Source: the human T2T-CHM13v2.0 reference genome, Homo sapiens
Reading direction: 5' to 3' (one strand)
Assembly (NCBI RefSeq): GCF_009914755.1
Contig: NC_060927.1
DNA: 64,000 bases
A program made the translations under genes and the position numbers. The notes beneath the pieces are model-generated. The model worked only from the letters and a program-made list of their open reading frames with translations. It was not told the origin of the DNA and ran no database searches. Positions 57,225-64,000 of this stretch are shown one piece after another (position 1 is the stretch's first letter; every line of letters starts with the position of its first letter).

Positions 57225-59552
57225 AAACTACCTGGTCCTGGGGATTTTTTTTTTAGGAAATTTAAAAATTACAAATTCAATTTCCTTAGTAATTATAGGG
57301 ATATTAAATTATCTGTTTCATATTGGGTGAATTGTGGTAGTTCGTGTTTTTTGAGGAATTGGTCCATTTCTACTAGGTTGTTAAATTTATATGTGCAGAG
57401 TTGTTCATAGTATTCCTTATTGTATTGATGTCTGTGGGGTCTGTAGCGTTATTCTTTGTTTCATTCTCAATTTTGGTCATGTGTGTCTTCTCTTTCTGTC
57501 TTGTTCTCTTTTTGGTTAGTTTTGCTAGAATTTTTTGATGTTATTGATCTTTTCAAAGAAATATCTCTGTGTTTCATTGGTTTTCTCTGTCATTTTTTGG
57601 TTTTCAACTTTATCGATTTCTACTCTTAACTTTATTATTTCCTTTCTTCTGTTTGGTTTGGGTTTATTTTGCTCTTCCTTTTCTGGCTTCTCAAAGTAGG
57701 GGCTTAGATTGTTGATTTCAGAATTCTTTATTTGCTAGTTATGCATGATGCTATAAATTTCCCTCACAGCAATGCTTTAGCTGGTTCCACAAATCTTGAT
57801 AGGTTCTATTTTAACTGTCATTCAATTTGATATATTTTTAAAATTTACATTTAGACTTTCTCTTTGGCCACAGATTATTTAGATATGCATTATTTAGTTT
57901 CTAAGTGATTGGATATTTTCCAAATATCTTTCTGTTATTGACTTCTGGTTTGATTCCACCGTGGCCAGAGAAAATACTCTCCATGATTTCAATTCTTCTA
58001 ATTTTGCTAATGTTTGTTTTATGATCCAGGATATGGTCTACCTTAGCATATGTTCTGTGGGCGCTTGAAAACAGCATGTATTCTGTTGCTGTTACGGGGA
58101 GCATTCTATATGTGTTGATTAGATTTTATTGGCTCATGGTGTTGTTAAGTTCTTCCGTATTCCTGCTGATATCCTGCCTAGTTGCTGTATCAATTATTGG
58201 GAGATGAGTGTTGAAGTCTCCAATTGTAATTGTGGTCACTCCTATCAGTTTTTGCCTTACATATTTTACAGGTCTATTGTTTGGTGTACACATATTTAGG
58301 ATTGCTATGTCTTCCTGATTGACCCTTTTATCATTATATTATAATAATATCCTTCTCTATCTCCAGTAATTTACTTTGCTCTGAAGTTGACTTTATCTGA
58401 TATTTATATAGCCACTCCCACTTTCTTTTGATTAATGTTTGCATGTGATTTTTTCTATCCTTTTACTTTTAGCTTGCTTATATTATTACATTTGAAGTGA
58501 GTCTCTTGTAGCTAGCATGTAGTCAGTCATGTTTTTCAATCCACTCTGCCAATCTTTGTCTTTGAATTGGTGTATTTGGGCCATTGATATTTAATGTAAT
58601 AATTGATATATTAAGGTTTAAGTCTGTCATTTTATATTTTGTTTTCTGTTTGTTCTTTCTGTATATATTTAGAACCACATCAGACTGTGTTACAATTTTT
58701 GCTTCAGTTGTCAAACATAATTTAGAAAACTCAAGAAGAGAAGGAAAGTTTATTGCATTTACCCATATTTTTGCTTATCATGTTCTTCCTTCCTTCCTGA
58801 TGTCCCAAGAATTCTTTTTAAAAAATTGTCTCCTTTCTGTTTGGAGAACTACAGCCATTCTTTTAGGATAGGTCTTCTGGCAAAAAATTATCTTAGCTTT
58901 CCTTCATCTGAGAATGTCTTGATTTCTCCTTCATTTTTGAAAAATATTTTTGCTGGATATGGGACTCTGGGTTGATAGTTCTATTCTTTCAGCATTTGAG
59001 AAAGGTGCCACTTCCTCCTGACTGTAATGGTTTCTGAAGAGAAATCTGCTGTCATTCAAAATTTTTACGCCCATAGGTGAGATGTTCTTTCTCACTGCCT
59101 TCAAGATTTTTGTTTTGTTTTTAGTTTTTAGAAATGTATTTTTTGTCTTGATGTGGATTTCCTTGGGTTTAACCTCTTTGGAATTTGCTCAGCTTCCTGA
59201 ATCTGTAGGGTTGGTTTGTGTGTTTTTACCAAATTTGGGATTTTTTGGCCGTTATTTCTTCAGGTACTTTTTCAGCCCCATCCTCTTTTTCTCACCTCCT
59301 TCCAGTAGTCCAATGACACGAGTGTTAAATCTTTTGTTAAATCAAGGCTCTGTTCATTTTGTTTTCCAGCCTGCTTTCTCTTTGCTATTTTGATTAGGTA
59401 GGTAGTTTCTATTGTTCTATATTTCAGTTCAATCATTCCTTCCTCTGTCCCTTCTGGTCTGCTACTGATTCCTGGCAGGCCCCTGGCTTAAGTCAGAACA
59501 TAAAATTTAAAAAACTTGATGAATGTGCTTAATAGCAGACTGCTTTTGAACC

Positions 59553-59655
59553 TGAACTTGGACTTCCAACCTCCAGAATTGTGAGAAAATAAATTACTGT
59601 TGTTTAAGCCACCCAGTCTGTGGTATTTTGTTATGGCAGTCTGAGCTTGAATACA
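59553..59655 (+). mobile_element. MaLR (MLT1/MST-type) LTR 3' fragment
   Basis: ttggacttccaacctccagaattgtgagaaaataaatt...tgtttaagccacccagtctgtggtattttgttatggcag. Confidence 0.85.
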
Positions 59656-59659
59656 CTGA

Positions 59660-60446
<787 letters not shown>

Positions 60447-61284
60447 ATTTAGGTCAGCATTTCTCAAACCTCAGTCAATCAAATATGACTGCCATCATGG
60501 TCACTATCTCTTCTATCATTGAGCTCATGAGTGTTTTCCCTAATCTGCTTGATTTAAGTTTAAACAATTTTCTTAAAGGGAAAATTTCATCATTACCATC
60601 GGTGCAAAACCAGTGCCACTCACCACAAATAGGAGATGAGCACAACAACGAATTACAAAGAAAACAACAGAACATCCTTATGTCTGACAGATCCTATCAC
60701 CTGCCTAGGGGCCTAGGCCAAAAGTCTGGTCTCTCATCAAACAGAGTTTAACAAATATTTGTGGGGAAGGTCATTAAAAATAGACTACTTCCAGCAGAAC
60801 CTTTTGCCTTGATGGACCTGGAAGACTGAAAGAGAACTGGAAATGGACTAGTTTTCCCATCAGGTGATGAGCTCTTTTTAATAACACCTAGTATCCTCTT
60901 AGATACCCTGGAAGTAGACACTCCACACTTTGGGAGGCTCAGATTTTAATGGCACCAAGATGAAGAGGTGTGTGGATCAGGCTCCCTTCACAAACGATGC
61001 TTCTGCCTCTTTGAAGGGGTGCACAGAAGAGGGCTCCACCTGTGCTCAAGAGCCCCAGATCACTGACCTTGGCAGCTAAGCCTGAGTTAAGTGCTCTGCA
61101 GCTCAGCCAAGCCCACAGATGATGCTCCTGACAGTCTTCCTCCAAAATCAAATCAGCTCATGTCCTGCAGACACTTCACTTCAAGCTATATTTGCTCAAC
61201 TCTTGTTTCCACCCGCCCCTTCCAGAATTTGTTTTTCCTCCTGTGTTCCTTTACTAGGAAAATGGCACCATGGCTGAGAATGTC

Positions 61285-62450
61285 TCCAGCAGTATTGTTT
61301 GAAAGAGCCAAACCCTGGAAACAACCATATGCCCAACAGCCAGAGAATGAACCAATAAACTGTAATATCGTCATGGCAGGGAATATTGCACAGCTACGAA
61401 AATGCATAAACCACACCTGCAGGAACCACAGGGAGGAGTCTGAGAAACAATGTTTCCCAGTAGAAGAAAGTCGGAAAGAAGCGAGTCTCAGAAGATTACA
61501 TACTGTATGATGCCATTTTAAAGGACTAAGACAAAAGTGAAACTAAATAATATGCGTTGTAAGCATACACACACATGAAAGAAAACCATTTTTAGGCCGG
61601 GTGCAGTGGCTCATGCCTGTAATCCCAGCACTTTGGGAGGCCAAGGCAGGTGGATCACCTGAGGTCAGGAGTTCGAGACCAGCCTGGCCAACATGGGGAA
61701 ACTCCGTCTCTACAAAAATACAAAAATTAGCCGGGCATGATGGTGGGTGCCTGTAATCCCAGTTACTTGGGAGGCTGCAGCGAGAGAATCGCTTGAACTC
61801 AGGAGGTGGAAGTTACAGTGAGCCAAGATCGTGCCTTTGCACTCCAGCCTTGCTGACAGAGCAAGAATCCATCTCAAAAAAAAAAAAATTAAATAAATAA
61901 AAAATAAAAACAAAACAAAATTTAAAAACCCAACCATTTTAAGAAAAGCAAAGAAATGGTCTGTTTCCTCTGGGATTGGACAGAAATTTGCAAAATTGGA
62001 ATATGCAGTAATTGGGAATGCAGACATCATTTGATCATAAAGATGTTCATCATGGTGTTCTCTTATTGTTAGCGGTGGTTTTTTTAAATCATGGCAACAA
62101 TTTGGACACAATCTAAATGTCAAGTCCTAGGGGATTAGTTAAGTACATTACTGAGGAGTCATAGGATAGAATATTAGGCATCTATCAAAAAACATGTTTT
62201 CAAGTAATTTTTATGACCTAGGAAAATATCTTAATAACCTCAAATAAAAAATGCAGAGTAGAGAACTGAAATGATATAGGGTCTCAATTCACACGATTCC
62301 AACAAGAAAATTACTATGGTTATGGTATGCAAAACAAGATATAAGGGGAAAGATACAGTATTCCCCAAATGTCAATGTTGGTGGGGTTAGGATGTTTGAT
62401 TCTTAAACAAAATGTCTTCATTTTCCTCATTTTCTATAGTAAACGTGCAT
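61285..62450 (+). mobile_element. Degraded L1ME-like 3' fragments flanking the Alu at 61595
   Basis: agccaaaccctggaaacaacc, tacatactgtatgatgccattt and tggacacaatctaaatgtc are sense L1M 3' motifs. Probably two fragments. Confidence 0.6.
61595..61928 (+). mobile_element. Alu (AluSx-like), the only full plus-strand Alu
   Basis: ggccgggtgcagtggctcatgcctgtaatcccagc...cacctgaggtcagg...A-rich tail; TSD-like aaccatttt on both sides. Confidence 0.96.
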
Positions 62451-63884
62451 GGAAGAAACCATGTTAGTACGCACACAGGCACATGCATGCCGGAGGCCAG
62501 TTGTGCATGCAGCAGGCTCTCTGTGTGCCAGTCTCTCTTCCACACCCATCTCTCAGCCTCCCCAACTGCCCCCTGGAGCTGGGATTCTGCGCAATAAGAC
62601 CCCATCTGCCTGACTCCAGCAGGAGGCAAGACAGGGAGGTAGCACGCTGAGAACCCTCTCCCCATATCCACTTCTTTACCACCTTCAGCCTCCCCTACAA
62701 ATGATGCCTGTGTGTCCCCCTCACCCACCTTAGCCGGACACCTCCTTCCCTTGGGCCCACCCTGCCCAGCCCCTCTGTCCAGGGTTACCTACTCAGAACA
62801 AAGAAAGGGGCCTGTTCCCAGGACTTTGCCTGGTCCCGCCCCAGCTGCCAACCTCTCCACCCCGCTGGGGCCACTCAGCCCCTACATGGGGTGTGAAGGG
62901 GCTGCACCTTGGACAGCTCCATTCCAGACCCTGACTTGGGCCTGCAGGAACTCCTCCCTTCTGAGGTCCCTACCTTCCTATGGCCTCTTCTTCTCAGAGC
63001 TATAAATTAGCCCCCAAAGTCCCACCACCATATATTCATCTTCCTCTGAGAGGCCACTAGCCTGTCAAATTGATGAGGTACAACCTATTGATCTTGCAGC
63101 CTCCACTTTACAATGGGGAGACTGAGGCTCTTAGAGGAAGACCTCGTATCTGAGAGCACACAGCTAACGGTGATGAAGCCAGGATTTGAGCCCAGGCGGT
63201 GGGTCTTCCAAAGCCAATAGATTAATGCTGTCCCATCCTCCAGACCCTCCGCTGCCATCAGTGAGCACTGAGCATCTGCGCAATGTCCTCTCTGAGTCAA
63301 AAATAGACCCCAAGGCTCAGTTCTGCTGTGCCATCTGCCACACACCAACTCAGAGGCAAAAATGTTGACTTGCTGCAGAGACGAACACTCCAGCAGCCGG
63401 GAACTGAGCAGCGAGAGGCCCCTGTGCCCTCCGAGACTTTACTGGCTGGGGCAGGTCAATTGTATCGGTCTGGGGAGAGGAGAGCAGCTCGGGTCAAGGG
63501 CGGGGGCAAAGAGGCAGGCGGGTACAGCTCACAGTAGATGTAGGAAATAGCAGTGGGCTGGGACTCAGCGGCTCTGGTTGGGGCCCAGAACCGACTGCCA
63601 CTGAGGCTGTGTGGCCTCAGGCAAGTCCTCTCTCCTCTTTAGGTCTCAGTTTCCCTGCTACAAGGGGTTGGAACATGAGTCCTTTCGGGCCTGGTAAAGT
63701 CATATTCTATGGTAGTAAGACACAGGGGGCTGTCTTCACATTCCTGGCCCTTGAGGATTTGACCACACGCAACAGGGAGAAAGGATTCTTAGAGAGAGGA
63801 AGTCGCTGGCCCACGGTCACACCTTTCCTAACAACAGCAACAACAGTAACGACAATGGTCGTATCTCCCGCTCCATAAGACACA

Positions 63885-64000
63885 GTTGGCTTACATTTCC
63901 CAAAGCACTCTTATGCCCATTATTCCACTCACTGTACCCATTTCACAGATGAGAAAACAGGCCCAGAGAGGGAGAGAGAGTTGCCTAAAGCCACACAGCT
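63885..64000 (-). mobile_element. MIR SINE (runs off the window end)
   Basis: cccatttcacagatgagaaaacaggcccagagag...ttgcctaaagccacacagct. Confidence 0.75.

Overview
Primate (probably human) genomic DNA, GC-rich and dense in old repeats. I found no protein-coding exon I can support: the ORF track is explained by microsatellites, Alu and L1 debris, or chance. The main non-repeat landmark is a CpG-island promoter at about 21.55-22.3 kb. It has a candidate minus-strand first exon ending at a GTAAGT donor (last exon base 21811), so 1-21.8 kb is probably a large first intron and 22.3-64 kb upstream sequence. I cannot assign the gene; the layout fits a distal non-coding first exon of a large gene (ATP2B2 is an unverified guess from memory). 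Repeats: ten Alus (nine on the minus strand), many MIR and L2 pieces, MLT1 LTRs, MER104, MER63, Charlie1, and an old antisense L1M carrying a younger sense L1PA. The most unusual structure is that L1-in-L1 junction. The young L1 is 5'-truncated at the same ORF2 motif as its insertion site in the oppositely oriented host, which looks like an abortive twin-priming event. Also noted: a template-switch hairpin in an Alu, two diverged 135-150 bp duplications each about 1.1 kb apart, and two MEF2-centred motif clusters 11-13 kb upstream of the promoter. I see no evidence of a new gene system. Old-repeat boundaries and subfamily names are by-eye approximations from remembered consensus sequences.
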